Notes: generated from the sequence alone by a model not told the origin. A DNA stretch of 64,000 nt from Octopus sinensis (GCF_006345805.1 NC_042998.1:83018001-83082000); one strand, 5' to 3'. Counted from the first letter of the stretch, positions 1 through 12,800 are shown. Numbers and translations are program-made.

Positions 1-232
1 GTCAGTACAAGTTTAATCATGTCAACTACATTGAATATGCTTTGCTTTGGAGGCATAACAAGACTAAATCTTGAACATTGCTCTTACTGTGTAGCTATAA
101 AGACTAGTTCTGTCCCAATCTGCACTGCCTTTGTTTTCTGAAAACTTCAGTTGATTGATTTAATTTAAATTCTCTTTCTTGCTTGTATAAACCTGTTCCT
201 ACCCATACTTTCATACTTTAACCTCATATGCT

Positions 233-400
233 CTACAGAGTGGCTGGCATTAGGGGAGGCATCAAGCTCAAGAAAGCCATGCCAAAGTAAACATTACAGC
301 ACAATAGAGTCATCCAATCCATGCCAGCATGGAAGAATGATGTTAAATGATGATGATGATGATGATGATGATGATAACAATGATGACAAGGATGATGATG
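233..400 (+). mobile_element. 3' tail fragment of the RTE LINE family ending in (GAT)n
   Basis: gagtggctggcattagg...ccaatccatgccagcatgg...gttaaatgatgatg matches the 3' ends of the longer RTE copies at about 35290-35443 and 41910-42067. Confidence 0.75.
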
Positions 401-519
401 AAACTGTGCTACAGGGAGCAATTCTCTCCTGGCTGCATGAGCAATCACAAGTGATCAAAGCTTTTTATGTTAAATGGAATTAAGATGCTTATTTAAAATA
501 GCTTTTTCTAAAATTTATA

Positions 520-1310
520 GTTGTGAGACATGAGCTCTGAATGCAGAGGACATGCAAGGGTTAGAAAAGAATAAGGCTAATATGCTCCGCTGGATGTGTA
601 ATGTAAGTGTACATGTTCGACAGAATGCCGGCATTCTGAGAGAGAAGTTAGGCATAAGAGAAATTGGTTGCTATGTTCAAGTGAGAAAACTGTGCTGGTT
701 TGGTCATGTGATGTGGATGGATGCCAACGGCTCCATAAAGAAGTGCCAAACTCTCAAAGTAGATGGAGCACATGGAAGAAGGAGACCCAAGAAGATATGG
801 GATAAAGTACTGAAGAATGACCTCAGAATGCTGAATCTTTCAGGCAAGATGACAAAGGACCAAGATGCTTGGCACCCTGTTGTACTCAAGAAGACCCATA
901 CTCTGCAGTAGAAGTGTTAAGACCAATCCATCAGGTGGTATACAGCACTCGTGGTGGTGCCATATAAAAGTGCCCCAGCAGTATCACGTAAAAGCACCTG
1001 TGTGGTGACATATAAAAGCACCTGAGTGGCAACACTTAAAAGCGCCTGTGCTGTGTCACATAACACACACACCTCACCGTGCGGTGCCACAGAAAAGTAC
1101 CCATGCAGTGTCAGGTAAAAGCAGCCATGCAGTGTCACACAAAAGCACCCAGCACACTCTGTAAAGCAGTTGGCGTTAGGAAGGGCATCCAGCTGTAGAG
1201 ACCATGCTAAATCAGGCTGGAGTCTGCTGCAGATCCCCAGCTCTGGTCAGACCATCGGACATTAAGTGATGATGATGATAATGGTGGTGGTGGTGGTGAT
1301 GATGATGATG
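520..1310 (+). mobile_element. RTE LINE 3' fragment (ORF C-terminus, short-unit 3'UTR repeat array, GAT tail)
   Basis: ORF 552-911 MLRWMCNVSV...LCWFGHV...GRRRPKKIW is homologous to the C-terminus of the other RTE copies; aaaagcacc repeats at 950-1150; GAT/GGT tail. Confidence 0.85.
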
Positions 1311-2184
1311 AAAAGCAAATTTTTTTATTGTTCCTTCATAGGCAGTGGCAAAACAGGACTTCCTAAGCTGGCTTCCTTAGCTCCTCAGATTCAAGAGCAA
1401 ACATTCTAAATACGAATAAAGTAAACAAACTGGGAGGAAAATAATAAGTGGTACCTAATTCAAATTTGGTGGCTAGATATACAGGTTTCTCAAATTAATT
1501 CATTGTCATCTTCTCCAATGAATAACACAACAAATAAAATAAAATCACATTGCTCTACGTTTCTAAGTTCAAAACTCAGTGAATTTAAAAGTCCCTTTTA
1601 AGAGTAATTAATGAAATATATCACAAAAACACCCAAATTTATTTCATGATTTGCAAAAATTACCATATTTTCGAAGGGAATAAATTACGTGAGGGTCATT
1701 GTAAAATCTAAAGTTGTCTCCCTTACATACAATAAATCAGGCTTCAGATATAGTCTGTTTATCATATCGCAAGAATGTATTACGCATTCATAAAATCTCC
1801 AGCTTTGATAACCCATTGGAAACTAGTTCTGTGTAGAAATTGGCATCATAATGTATGAATGACTGAAATAATATCTGCTTCGATTTCTTTATAGACTTCA
1901 AAATTTAAGATAGGATTCATAAATGCAACAACAATAAATTTTGTTAAAGGGAAATAACAGCGTAAATACTATTAGTTCCCCCTTAACATGTTTGAGAGTT
2001 ATTTCCCTTGAATATTTTCTTAACCATAGTATGCTGCATTAAATCGTCTTCGCGGAAGGTATTTGAAACGGGTTGCAGTTTTCCGCTCTAAATTATGCGA
2101 CATTAATGAATAATTAACGCGTGTTTCATTAGCTTGAAAGATCACTGAATAATGTTTTATTAGTTTCTCTCTCAAGCAGGGGAT

Positions 2185-4110
2185 AAAAAAGGCAGTGCTT
2201 GAATTCGAATAGCGCATAGCAACCAGCCCTGACAGCAAAGTGTTCTGGAAGTATGTACATTCAAAGCAGAGACCTCACTCTCCAGTTAGCCCCCTTCGTA
2301 ATCCCCACGCAGGCCAGATTACTGACAATCCCAAAGAATGTGCAGAAATCATTGCTGGATGCTATGCAGACATCTTTACTGTCAAAGATTAAAATGTTCC
2401 ATCTCCATCACCTCTGACACTGGACTCTATAACTACTATGAAATTTACACCAGCAATGCTACAACGCCACTTTAAGAATAAACGTAACTATGCCTCTTCT
2501 GGTCTCGATAGTGTTACATACCTACTTCTGAAACGCAGTGGGTACTTTCTTCTGAACCAACCTTCACTATTCTTTCAATTCTGTCTTGACAATGGTGTTA
2601 CTCCAGAGCATTGGAAAACTGCTAATGTTATCCCTCTGTTCAAAACAGGTGAGGGCACATCACCTGTCAACTATCGCCCCGACAGTCATACTAGCTGCAT
2701 CACCAAACTGATGGAATCCTGTGTCAGAGAAACTCTCTTGAACTTCTGGAAGTCTCACAGCCTCATCCGGCCGTCACAATTTGGATTTATTCCTAATTCC
2801 AGCTGCTGTAATCAACTCATTGAGTTTCTTGAGGACATTACCCAAATCACTGATGGTGGCTCTTGGGTGGATGTTGTTTACCTGGACTTTGCTAAGGCTT
2901 TTAATTCTGTGCCACACAAAAGACTTATGGTGAAACTCTCTGTAATGGGTGTAAGAGATGATCTCTATAACTGGTTGAAGTCCTTCCTTATCAGCCAAAA
3001 AGAGGCTGTCACAGTTGTAGGACAGCACTCTTCACCCTATGAGATGACATCTGGTGTACAACAAGGATCTGTTCTTGGCCCCCTTTTATTTGTTGCATAT
3101 ATTAATGACATAGATGCCAACTTAAAGAATGCCACAGTGCTGAAATATGCAGATGACATCAAGCTGTACTTCGAAATAAAGAGGACAGATCCTGTACACT
3201 ATAGATCTTTATTGCAATCAGACCTGGACACAATGCAGCAATGGATCATGGACTGGCAACTCAAGCTGGCTGTGGACAAATGTATCACCATGCATTTTGG
3301 GAGTTAAAACCCAGTGTCTACTTACTCCCTCCACAACACAAATCACAAAATGTCTTTGACCTGGGCATTATTGTCGACAGCGATTTGCATAGGAGACAAA
3401 ACACATTGCTAAAATTGCCAAGAAGGCTGAGGGTGTCTTGGCATCACTTACCAAGTCCTTTGTGAGCCGCTCTCCAGCTATCTATCTGAGGCTTTATATA
3501 GCTATGGTGCAGCCTCACCTGGAATTTGCATCACCGGTCTGGAACCCCTATCTTGCCCAGGATATTAATCATCTGGAAACCGTTCAGCGACGTGCAACCA
3601 AGAGAATACTCACCATCAGGCATTTGCCATATTCTGAATGCTTCACTTCCCTGGGCATGGATGCATTGAAACTCCGACGTCTGGTAGCTGACTTGGCAGA
3701 CATCCATAAAATTATTAACCATCTTACTAACAATAACTCTGTGCACCTTTTCAAACTCCACCTGTTTAACAGCCGTGGACGTGTATACAAAGTTAGAAAA
3801 CAGCACAGCTCCCATGACTTTCAGAAACATTTTTTCATGCTAAGAGTTGCTGAAGTATGGAACAAACTGCCAGCATCAGTTGTTAGTTGTTGGAGCACTG
3901 CATCCTTCAAAACTTCCATGCTTCCTGAGATTCACCAACACTACACCTGATTTTCTCCCCTCCATACACATGCATGCATGTATCTGACTCATATACTTGT
4001 TCACTTTCCAGACATCTATACATTACTGCATATGCTTTATGTTCACTTTCGACAAGCTGTGGTGCACCTGAGCACTGTATACAATAATTTCATTATTATT
4101 ATTATTGTTG
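2185..4110 (+). mobile_element. 5'-truncated CR1/L2-group LINE with a disrupted reverse transcriptase
   Basis: ORF 2438-3307 has RT motifs NYRP, YLDFAKAFNSVPH, GVQQGSVLGPLLF and YADD; ORF 3438-3950 has HLEFASPVWNP, LETVQRRATK and RVAEVWNKLP; stop/frameshift near 3307; (ATT)n tail near 4095. Confidence 0.9.
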
Positions 4111-4164
4111 GGTTCAAAATCTCTTCACAGTTATGCAAAAAAATATGGAAAGAACTGGTACCCC

Positions 4165-4415
4165 ACTGATTACAAAGACATGCATTCCAGTTGATCTGAT
4201 CAACAGAACAGCTTGTTCAGGAAATTAATGTACAAGTGGCTGAGCACTCCACAGACATATGTACCCTTAACGTAATTATCAAAGAGATTCAGTATAACAC
4301 AGAATGCTACAAGGCTAACCTTTGAATTACAGGTACAACTCATTTAGAGGAATCGAATTTGTGACCTTATGATCGTGAACCGAATACTTAACCATCAAGC
4401 CACATGCCTTCACAC
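4165..4415 (-). mobile_element. tRNA-derived SINE (third family), degenerate
   Basis: reverse complement of 4350-4415 is a tRNA-like head (gtgtgaaggcatgtggcttgatggtt...ttcgattcc); a related head lies at 18386 (+) and related body fragments near 20360-20515 and 23280-23410. Confidence 0.55.
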
Positions 4416-5021
4416 AAAGGGCTATACATCAAAGGACGATGGGGCAGGACAGAATTTCTCCCTTTTTTTTTTATAACCTTATAGTGAAGAGGAAAAGCAG
4501 TGTCCATGACCCTTTTACAGGATCTGCAAGACTTCAGGGATGGAGGGAAGATGGTTTCCTCATACTAGAAACATGATTCAAATGTGTGCAACAAAGTTGA
4601 TCCCACTATAGATCCAAATGATGGTAATCTAAAAGAGATGGATTAAATCTACAGCCCAAGTAAGTTGCAGCAAGATTTGAACCCAGAACCAAGACATACT
4701 ACATGGCATATAGTCCAACATTGTTGCAGTTAACCAATCTCTCATGCTGGATTAATACGTTTTTATTGACCACAAATAAATATCATTCATCTTTGCTTGC
4801 TTGAGTCATTGGATTGCAGCCATGCTGGGCTTATTCTATCAGTTATTTTTGCAGAACCACTAAATTATGGAGATGCAAACAACCAATACAAGTTGTCAAG
4901 TGGCAGTGGGAGAGAAACATAAATCCAACACACATGCATGCGTGCATGCGTGTGTGCATGTGTATGTGTGTGTAAACTAGGAAGGTATCCTCAAACTAGA
5001 AACACAACCCAAATGTGTTCT

Positions 5022-5099
<78 letters not shown>

Positions 5100-5170
5100 A
5101 ATGTGTGGATAAATGAAAAAGTCACTCTCAACACAATTTGTAGGAGTTACATATATTATTATTTAAATAT

Positions 5171-5571
5171 TTGATTTGGTTCCCTGTGACTCAAAGTTTT
5201 GTAAGCTTCTTACAGAAACCCAGCTCATTCAAGCTCAGTTAATCAAACAGTGAGATATAGGAAGTCTAAGATGGCTGCTGAACCCTTGCTGGCCTGCAAG
5301 TTCCTTTGAACATCAACCAGATACCAAGACATCATGAGACTATCTTTCCAGCCATGCCATCCAAGAAATTTTCTTTTCTAATGCATTTGGTGGTGCTGAA
5401 ATACCAATCACATTTCTAACAATACTATGTGAACTGCCTTCAGCAATAGCAGTTCAGTTTCTGGTAGCCATCTTCAACTTCCTGAGTCTCCTTGTTTGGT
5501 TAACTGAGTTTGAGTGAGTGAGGTTTCTGTAAGAAGCCTATGAAACTTTAAGTCACATAGAGCTAAATCAA
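5171..5571. mobile_element. MITE/foldback element with about 110-bp terminal inverted repeats
   Basis: 5171-5280 aligns with the reverse complement of 5461-5571 (shared gcttcttacagaaacc, ctcagttaa, aagatggct); roughly 80% identity by eye. Confidence 0.7.
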
Positions 5572-5583
5572 GCAGTTTTAAAT

Positions 5584-5950
5584 AACAATGGGAACTCAGG
5601 GAGCACAAACCTCCACCAACGCAACACCAGCGTCCTTTCAACGGTTAGCCAGAGATGATTTTTAAAATGAGAATATCTGAAATAAACTCGACTGTTCTCA
5701 CAAACGAGAATACTAAGAATGAATGCAACCATTCTCAAAAATTAAGTAAAAAAACAGGAAATATAATCCAGAATCCTTGTCCAATACTGGATTGATCCCA
5801 AAATCTAATCAGTTTGTGCCAGTCACGAAGCCAAACATCCCTCAAAGTTTCGTCTGAATCCATCCCACGGTTCTTGAGATATCTTGTCCATGGACAAACA
5901 AACATGACTGAAAACTTTACCTCTGCCTTCACTAAGGCGGAGGTAATAAT
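5584..5950 (+). mobile_element. Helentron/HINE-like non-autonomous rolling-circle element
   Basis: subterminal inverted repeat acctccacc (5609) / ggcggaggt (5936); 3' hairpin ttacctctgcctt-cact-aaggcggaggtaa (5917-5946) preceded by acaaacaaac. Confidence 0.55.
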
Positions 5951-6399
5951 GATAATATTACTGATAGATAGGGAAATTTCTTGGAGAATACTTTTGCAAA
6001 TGTCTAGCGATATATCCTGCAAGAGGGAAAAGTGACCCAAATCAAAATAAATAAACTAATAGATAAAATACATACGGAAAATAAAACAAAATACCTCATA
6101 ACTCAAGACAATGGGCTGCAATCAGGCAGAAATTGCACATAAGACATTATATCCCCAAAACGCATAAAACACAACAAAAGAAAGAAGGAAACACAACAGA
6201 GATAACACTACACACAGTAAATAAAAGGTTAAACTAAAGCAAAATTTCTACATAGCTACCCAACCCAAAAATAAATAGAACAGCACAGCAAATCAACAAC
6301 ACACATAGACAGGCAAATATTGAAGCAGAAAAGAAGAACAAACAAAATAACATACACCATAACAGACCAGCAATAACCGAGGACAGAGATGAACTGAAT

Positions 6400-7620
6400 G
6401 CAGGAATAATGAAAGTAGAAGAACTAAAGATCACTCAGCCAATAAATATGAACCAGTGTAAACATCTCCCAAGGCTACAGGAAAATAAAAAGCTCTATGA
6501 AAGGATAGATAGATGCATCAGAGCCTTACAAGTAATAATGACCTTCTCAAAGGATACATTGGATATCAGCAAACTAAATGACCTGATCTACTCAATAGCT
6601 GTAGGGATATCAAGGAAAACTGAACTTGACCCTTATGAAGAAAAAAAAATCCCAGCCAAATCTCAAACCCCAAAATGGAAACAGATCATAATAAATATAA
6701 TTCATAAGCAAAAGAAAGACTTATCACTACTTTGTGAATTAGAGAAAGCAAGATCAAATATGAGAAATTAAAAAAAAGGGTCCATATAACAAAACAATAC
6801 AGCATAAGAAATAAAGAAGAGGTAAAAGAAAAAAATGAACAGCAAGAACTTGCTGCATAAAATGATATTGAAAATGGGAATGCTTCTTCCAACAAAATAG
6901 AAAATTCAAAGTAAACACAAGAAGTTTTTACAGAAAGTTAAACAAAAAAAACTATATGAATAGATGCTAAGATAGAAAAACCAGGAAACTACAAACAGTG
7001 TACAGAAGCCACCACACCAAAGCAGACGCAAACAATATATCTACCCCACCCAGAAGGGGACTGTGGCCTGATACAGATAGAGAATTATTATAAGATAACA
7101 ACAGTTGGACTAGGAAAGTACTAAGAAACAAAAAGTGGAAGACTTCTGCATGTAATAAAGCAACTTGAGAAAAAGAAAATGCTTTTCTCTATACACAAGG
7201 AGGTAACAAAACACAAAACAGAAACAAACTACACTGATACATTGACCTCAGATGACAAGTGGTCAAAGAAACCAAAAAGCAACATGTAAACAGAATTACA
7301 AAAGATACTGATGAAGAAATGGAGAGAAAAATTACTTCAGGGCTTGACACAGAGGAAGTGAGCCTAAGTATAAGCCAACATTGGCTCAAAAGCTCTGGAC
7401 TATTAAAACTGATAATAGGTGGTATAAACATGTGCCAAATAAGGTACAAGACAACAACCAGGCCACAATCATTTGGAATATGTTGGTTCAAAACGACAAA
7501 GAAATAAAAACTAATCACCCAAACATAATAATTAAGGATTGGGAACAAAACACCTGCTTACTAATAGCATTGCAATCCCTTCTGATCAAAATATTGTCCA
7601 AAAAGAAGCATGATAAAAAG
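6400..7620 (+). mobile_element. Decayed, internally deleted R4/Dong-like LINE with a restriction-like endonuclease remnant
   Basis: IYLPHPEGDCGLIQIENYYKITTVGL near 7035 resembles the LYLPRxxGGRGL motif; WYKHVPNKVQDN...IIWNMLVQNDKEIKTNHPNIIIKDWEQNTCLLI resembles the RLE region (NRPDI...CLLID); no RT core visible. Confidence 0.7.
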
Positions 7621-7979
7621 ACATGTAAACAAAAACATAGAAGCTATACCTGGATCCTCAATACTACACACTATCCAAATAATAGCCCTGCTAGGGACAG
7701 CCCACATCCTACACAAGACACTAACAATTCTATAATACAACCTAAGCAAAACAACCCACAAACAGCTGGGCATGCTATATCTATGATCCAACATAGTTTT
7801 CTTTCTTTCTCAATTAAGACTATGTCTGGCTTCCTATTCTCTATCTCATGGTTGCCTTAAATCATAAAATCCTACGGGATCTTTGCATTATCATTTTCGA
7901 TGATGCCTTTGGGTTTGTGGTGGTGGTAGTGGTGGTGGTGGTGGTCGTCGTCATCGTCGTCATCATCATCATCATCGTT

Positions 7980-8640
7980 CTGAGCTGGCAGAATTGTTTG
8001 CATGCCAGAAAAAATGCTTAGTGACCTTTCACCCATCTCTATGTTCTTAGTTCAAATTCCACCAAGGTCGACTTTGCCTCTTATCCTTTTGGGGTCAATA
8101 AATTAAGTACCAGTTGAGTACTGGGGTTGATGTAATGAACTTGTCCCCTTCCCCAAAATTTCAGGCCTTGTGCCTATAGTAGAAAGAATTATAATGGTAT
8201 AATTAAGGGAGCAAACTAGCAGAATCATTTTCACACTGGACAAAGTGCTTAGTGGCATTTCAGCCATGTTTACATTCTGAGTTCAAATTCTGCCAAGGTC
8301 GACTTTGCCTTTCATCCTTTGAAGATTGATGAAATAAATATCAGTTGAGCACTGAAGGTGATGTAATCAATAAAACATCTTTCACAAATTTTCAGGCAAT
8401 GTGCCTATACTAGAAATGATAGTTAAGGTGGTAAGCTGGCAGATTTGTAAGCATGTTAGACAAAATGCTTGGTAGTATTTCTTCCAACCCTTTATGTTCT
8501 GAGTTCGAATTCTGTTGGGGGTGATGTTTCCTTTCATCTTTTCAAGACAAATAAACTATACAGCAGCTGAGCACTGGGGTCTATGTAATTAACGAGTCCC
8601 CACCCACTAAAATTACTGGCCTTCTACCAAAATTTGAAGC
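7980..8640 (+). mobile_element. Three consecutive tRNA-derived SINEs (family 1, MetaSINE-like central domain)
   Basis: three copies of ggcagaa...gagttcaaattc...gtcgactttgcctttcatccttt...aagtaccagttgagcactgggg starting near 7980, 8205 and 8425. Confidence 0.85.
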
Positions 8641-9109
8641 AATTATAATGATATAATTACCACATGTTCTGGTGAGAATTTTGTCAGTAAAACTGGCTTC
8701 AAATATTGGAAATTGAATTAAAACTAAATCAATATTTTAATATAGTTATCCATTAAGAAAAATAAATATATTTATCAATTAAGAATATAATTATAATTAA
8801 AATATTTTTGGTGAGCTTTTTTTCTTTTCAGATAATTATTATCATTTCAGTCTTTTGCCAAATAAATTTATAAATATTTCATCTATAGTCACATTGGTGA
8901 CTGCAAACGAAAAGATTAATTTCAGATGCTCGTTAAACTTGAGTTAGATTTTTATTCTATTTCGTACAGCATTAATTTGCTATGCTACACTAAATTCAGA
9001 CCAAAATTCAACCAATTTTATCAGTGTATCACTAATGTTACTAGTCATAAAAATACAATTTTATTATGTAATTAAAATAATGTCCATAATGCATTTCTGT
9101 ATTTCTCAG

Positions 9110-9211
9110 ATGAATTATAGATGTGAGATTCAAATGCTTTTTCATTCCTATTTACCCAGCATTCAAATACTCAGAGACATAATGAAGGCGTGGGAGTTCA
9201 AAGTACAAAAT
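9110..9211 (+). CDS. Candidate 102-bp internal coding exon of an unidentified gene (MNYRCEIQMLFHSYLPSIQILRDIMKAWEFKVQN)
   Basis: acceptor tttctgtatttctcag, donor gtatgt, open in phase 0-0, unique sequence; the donor coincides with a (GTAT)n repeat and no homology was recognised. Confidence 0.3.
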
Positions 9212-9236
9212 GTATGTATGTATGTATGTATGTATG

Positions 9237-9856
9237 TAGTGAGTATTTACAAACAAAAAAAAGACAAAGATGGGTGTGTAAACAACAAACAGATGTATTA
9301 GTTTAATGCTCGGGAAGATAGAGAGTCTTTTACGTTTCGAGCCTATGCTCTTCGACAGAAAGGAACACAGAAATAAACAGGGAGAGAAAATAAAAAAAAG
9401 GTTTACTGGCTAGCAATCTATCATGGTGAACAACAATAGGAAAAAGCAGAAAGTACAAAAAAGTTTAGAAAAGTTCAAAAGGTTCAAACGTTGTGGTGTA
9501 TTGGAGCGATTTCTCAACAGAAGAGTCCAGTGTAATCCATGGGTAGGAGAGATGCAGCCGAAGTGTAGAAGTCCAAGTGTAGGAGAGTAGAAAGTCCAAG
9601 TAGAGAATCCAGGTAGAATAGTCCAAGAAAAGTTTGAAGTGTTATGAGGTGGAGACAGGATGAAACTGGTACAACCTCGTGAGAGTGTAATATATAGTGA
9701 GAATTTACAAAAAAACAAAAGACGAAGACGAGTGTATAAACAACAAACAGAGGTACTAGCTTAACGCTCGGGAAGTGAGAGAGTCTTTTACATTTCGAGC
9801 CTACACTCTTCAACAGAAAGGAACACAAAAATAAACATGGAGAGAAAATAAAAAAG

Positions 9857-9860
<4 letters not shown>
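9237..9860 (-). mobile_element. Non-autonomous Penelope-LTR-like element: two direct repeats, each with a hammerhead-like motif
   Basis: 9237-9405 and 9695-9860 are direct repeats; minus strand reads ccttt-CTGTCGA-a-gagc-atag-gctc-GAAAC-GTA-aaag. Confidence 0.7.
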
Positions 9861-9917
<57 letters not shown>

Positions 9918-9933
9918 GTGTGTGTGTGTGTGT

Positions 9934-9980
<47 letters not shown>

Positions 9981-10230
9981 ATGTGTGCATGCATGTATGC
10001 ATGTGTGCATGCATGTATGCATGTTTGTATGTATGTATGTGTGTATGTGTGTGTGTGTGCATGTGTACATGCATGTATGTATGTATGTTTGTATGTATGT
10101 GTGTATGAGTGTGTGTGTGTGCATGTGTGCATGTATGTATGTATGGATATATGTATGTGAGTATGTATTTATAAATGTGTGTATGTATGTATGTGTGAGT
10201 ATGTGTATTGTGTGTGTATATGTGTGTATG
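9859..10230. repeat. Compound (GT)n/(GTAT)n/(GCAT) microsatellite
   Basis: directly visible; source of the CVCV/HTHT ORFs. Confidence 0.95.
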
Positions 10231-11387
10231 TCCAGCTATCTGTCTATCTGTCTCTATGCATGCATACTTACATATGTATGTGTCTACAGCTATACAAATC
10301 CCAGTTACAGCCTCCTTGGAGAGGCACTCTGAGGTAAAACCTGCTACTTCACGCAATTACTGGTCATCTCAAATTGGCCTGTCACAAAGAACTAGTCATA
10401 GAGACTAAGGGAGTGGACTTCATGTTGTACAAGCATTTATCACAATAATCCAATGACATACGAATGTCTCTTTATGGTGACCTTATTCATCATACCATCT
10501 GCTGAAAGTCTGATAGCAATGGAAGAGTGATGATGTGAGCAAAGCTAACCATTTGGAAGTGTACAGTGCTGCAGTTCTGTAGCAAGACCGAAAAATCATT
10601 TAAGAGGTCATGGACAGAAAGTCAGAAACGCCATTGGCAACAAAAGAGCACAAAGAGATGACAATCATCTTTGAAGAAGAAGCAACAACAACCATGTATG
10701 TACGGATGGGTGGTTAGATGGATGGATAGATCAATCGAATGATGGATGGACAGGTAGGTGGATGGACCAACGGAAGACAAATAGATGGACGAGCGGATGG
10801 ATGTGTGCCGAAAATGCCCTTTGCATTTGAGTTCAGGAATTTGTGAGAGAATGGACTTAGGCCTTAATCACCCCTTCTCTTAAGTCCACTCTGGCCCAGG
10901 ATGGTAGTACCTGTCAAGGACCTCATTTATGGAGGAAAGAACAAATGGCCCAGTGACTGATGCATACATGACTCAGAAGAAGGCTGGTTCCTAGACATGC
11001 ATCATAAAGACCCACTGGTGTGTGGATATACCCTGGTGTTACATGAACTGGTCCTCCTGTCTGAAGGATTAAATAGACCCTGTACTGCAAGAGAAAGCTT
11101 GAGAGAGCAGGAGACTAACAGAGTAAACTGTAAATGAACTAACAAAATGCAATAAAAGACCACTGGTGTATCTTTTCCAAGAATAATTGTGAAACTTTAG
11201 ACATGACTACTAACACCTATAGGTGTGACATGTGAAGAGAGAGAGGGGGGGAGAGTATGACACATGAAGAGAGAAATAGACAGACACGGAGAGAGAGTTG
11301 GGATAAAAAACGGAGGGAGAGAAAGAGAGATTTCAAAGAATGATTATTAGAAAGTACAGGTATACTCAGCATTACAAGGGTTTTACA

Positions 11388-11513
11388 TTCCTGGGAATCT
11401 TGCTTTGGCATTGGGCTTCTGTGATGTGAAACCTATTTCCATGTAACATGGAAGTCAATGAGAAAATAGGTTTCACATTATAGAATTCCAAGTTACAATG
11501 AGATTGTCAGGAA
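11388..11513. repeat. Imperfect palindrome (small foldback)
   Basis: ttctgtgatgtgaaacctattt (11417-11438) pairs with aaataggtttcacattatagaa (11464-11485), with weaker outer pairing. Confidence 0.65.
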
Positions 11514-11868
11514 CACAATACTTCCATTATATGAGGACATTTCATCTTCCTGCCACTATGAAACAGTTACTGTTGTTATGCTTATAACTAGACTGATTTG
11601 TATGTTTGACACATATGCAGTTGTTAGTTCTGTTACATAGATTACTGATGCACCAGCAGTGTTTATTTTTCATGCTAAAGTTTTTTCTGTTGGGTATACC
11701 CAAAGATTTTCTACTGACATCCAGATTTGCTGGTCTGTGTAGATCGAAGTAGCATCAAATTAGAATTATCCAGTCAGTCCTTTTGAGGATTAACGAACTG
11801 TTGATTAAAGTGGGAAACATTTCGATTATCTTATAAGTGTTGGTGGAGAACAGTTGATCAAGTCTAAT

Positions 11869-11919
11869 TTAAAGAAACACTTCAATCCTTTGAAGAGCAA
11901 CTTGATAAAATTGATTTGA
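11869..11919 (-). CDS. Candidate terminal exon (SNQFYQVALQRIEVFL*)
   Basis: acceptor tttttttttgttag on the minus strand; phase-compatible with 12225-12300. Confidence 0.2.
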   Translation of the reverse strand, partial: SNQFYQVALQRIEVFL

Positions 11920-12224
11920 CTAACAAAAAAAAAAGTTTAATCTTATTATAATATTGCATAAATAATGTTTAAAACATGAACAAAAATAAGGATGATAAAT
12001 ACATTTGCATGAGAGAAAAACAGGATTGACATTTTCTTTGAACTGGAGAAAAGTGAAATTTTGAATCAGCTCCAGTTAGTTGTTTCTGTGATGCTAAATG
12101 ATGAATGGTAAAATGTAATTTAGCAGAACAGAAAGGAACAAAATTAAACAATGTAAAAGATTTAGTTCAGTGTTCTTTTATCTCAATCAAATGAAATGAA
12201 AAAAAGAACGAAAAAGAAACTCAC

Positions 12225-12300
12225 ATTGCTTGATATTTCTTTTGTATTGTTCTTGAAGAAAGGTGATGCATCATTAAAATTTGTCGAAGGTTTTCGCACT
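12225..12300 (-). CDS. Candidate 76-bp exon (VRKPSTNFNDASPFFKNNTKEISSN or alternative frame)
   Basis: minus-strand acceptor ttttattctcccag and donor gtgagt; two frames are open; no homology recognised. Confidence 0.3.
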
Positions 12301-12621
12301 CTGGGAGAATAAAATGTCACAGAGATATAAGCTTACTAGCTGGCCCTGTTCTGTCAAAAGTGACGGCTAATTGTAGTATTTTATATATAAATATGGATGT
12401 TAAATCAAATTAATACACTTGTCAATGTTATCTAATGGTTGTCTTTTGAGATGTTACAGCGATCATCGTTGGTTACCGAAAGAACACTGGTTCACACATA
12501 CAAACATTCACACACTTCCCTTATATATGCACACACATATACACATATACTCACTCAGAGCTGAAATGCTGTTTGGTTTTTCTTTTCAGTGTTGAATTTT
12601 CACCATCCCACTTCCATTGCA

Positions 12622-12643
12622 CACTTACACACACACACATACA

Positions 12644-12696
<53 letters not shown>

Positions 12697-12702
12697 CACA
12701 CA

Positions 12703-12733
<31 letters not shown>

Positions 12734-12800
12734 TACACACACACACACACACACAAACATTCGCATACCTCCCTTTTACATACACACACACACATATACT
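12622..12800. repeat. (CA)n microsatellite
   Basis: directly visible. Confidence 0.95.

Noticed and set aside
1342-1410. Acceptor followed by P-loop-like GSGKTGLPKLAS
   Set aside because: In-frame stop after about 22 codons, all frames closed and no supporting exons
1727-1822. Minus-strand exon candidate FPMGYQSWRFYECVIHSCDMINRLYLKPDLLY
   Set aside because: Poor acceptor; the donor overlaps a recurring gtt.t.tccctt motif
9514-10356. Long His/Thr- or Cys/Val-rich ORFs (also about 12550-12930, 18690-19120, 28560-28950, 35380-35780, 39206-40054)
   Set aside because: Translations of (CA)/(TA)/(TACA) microsatellites
10840-11215. Possible solo LTR (TG...CA, AATAAA near 11151)
   Set aside because: No target-site duplication or second copy; cannot be supported
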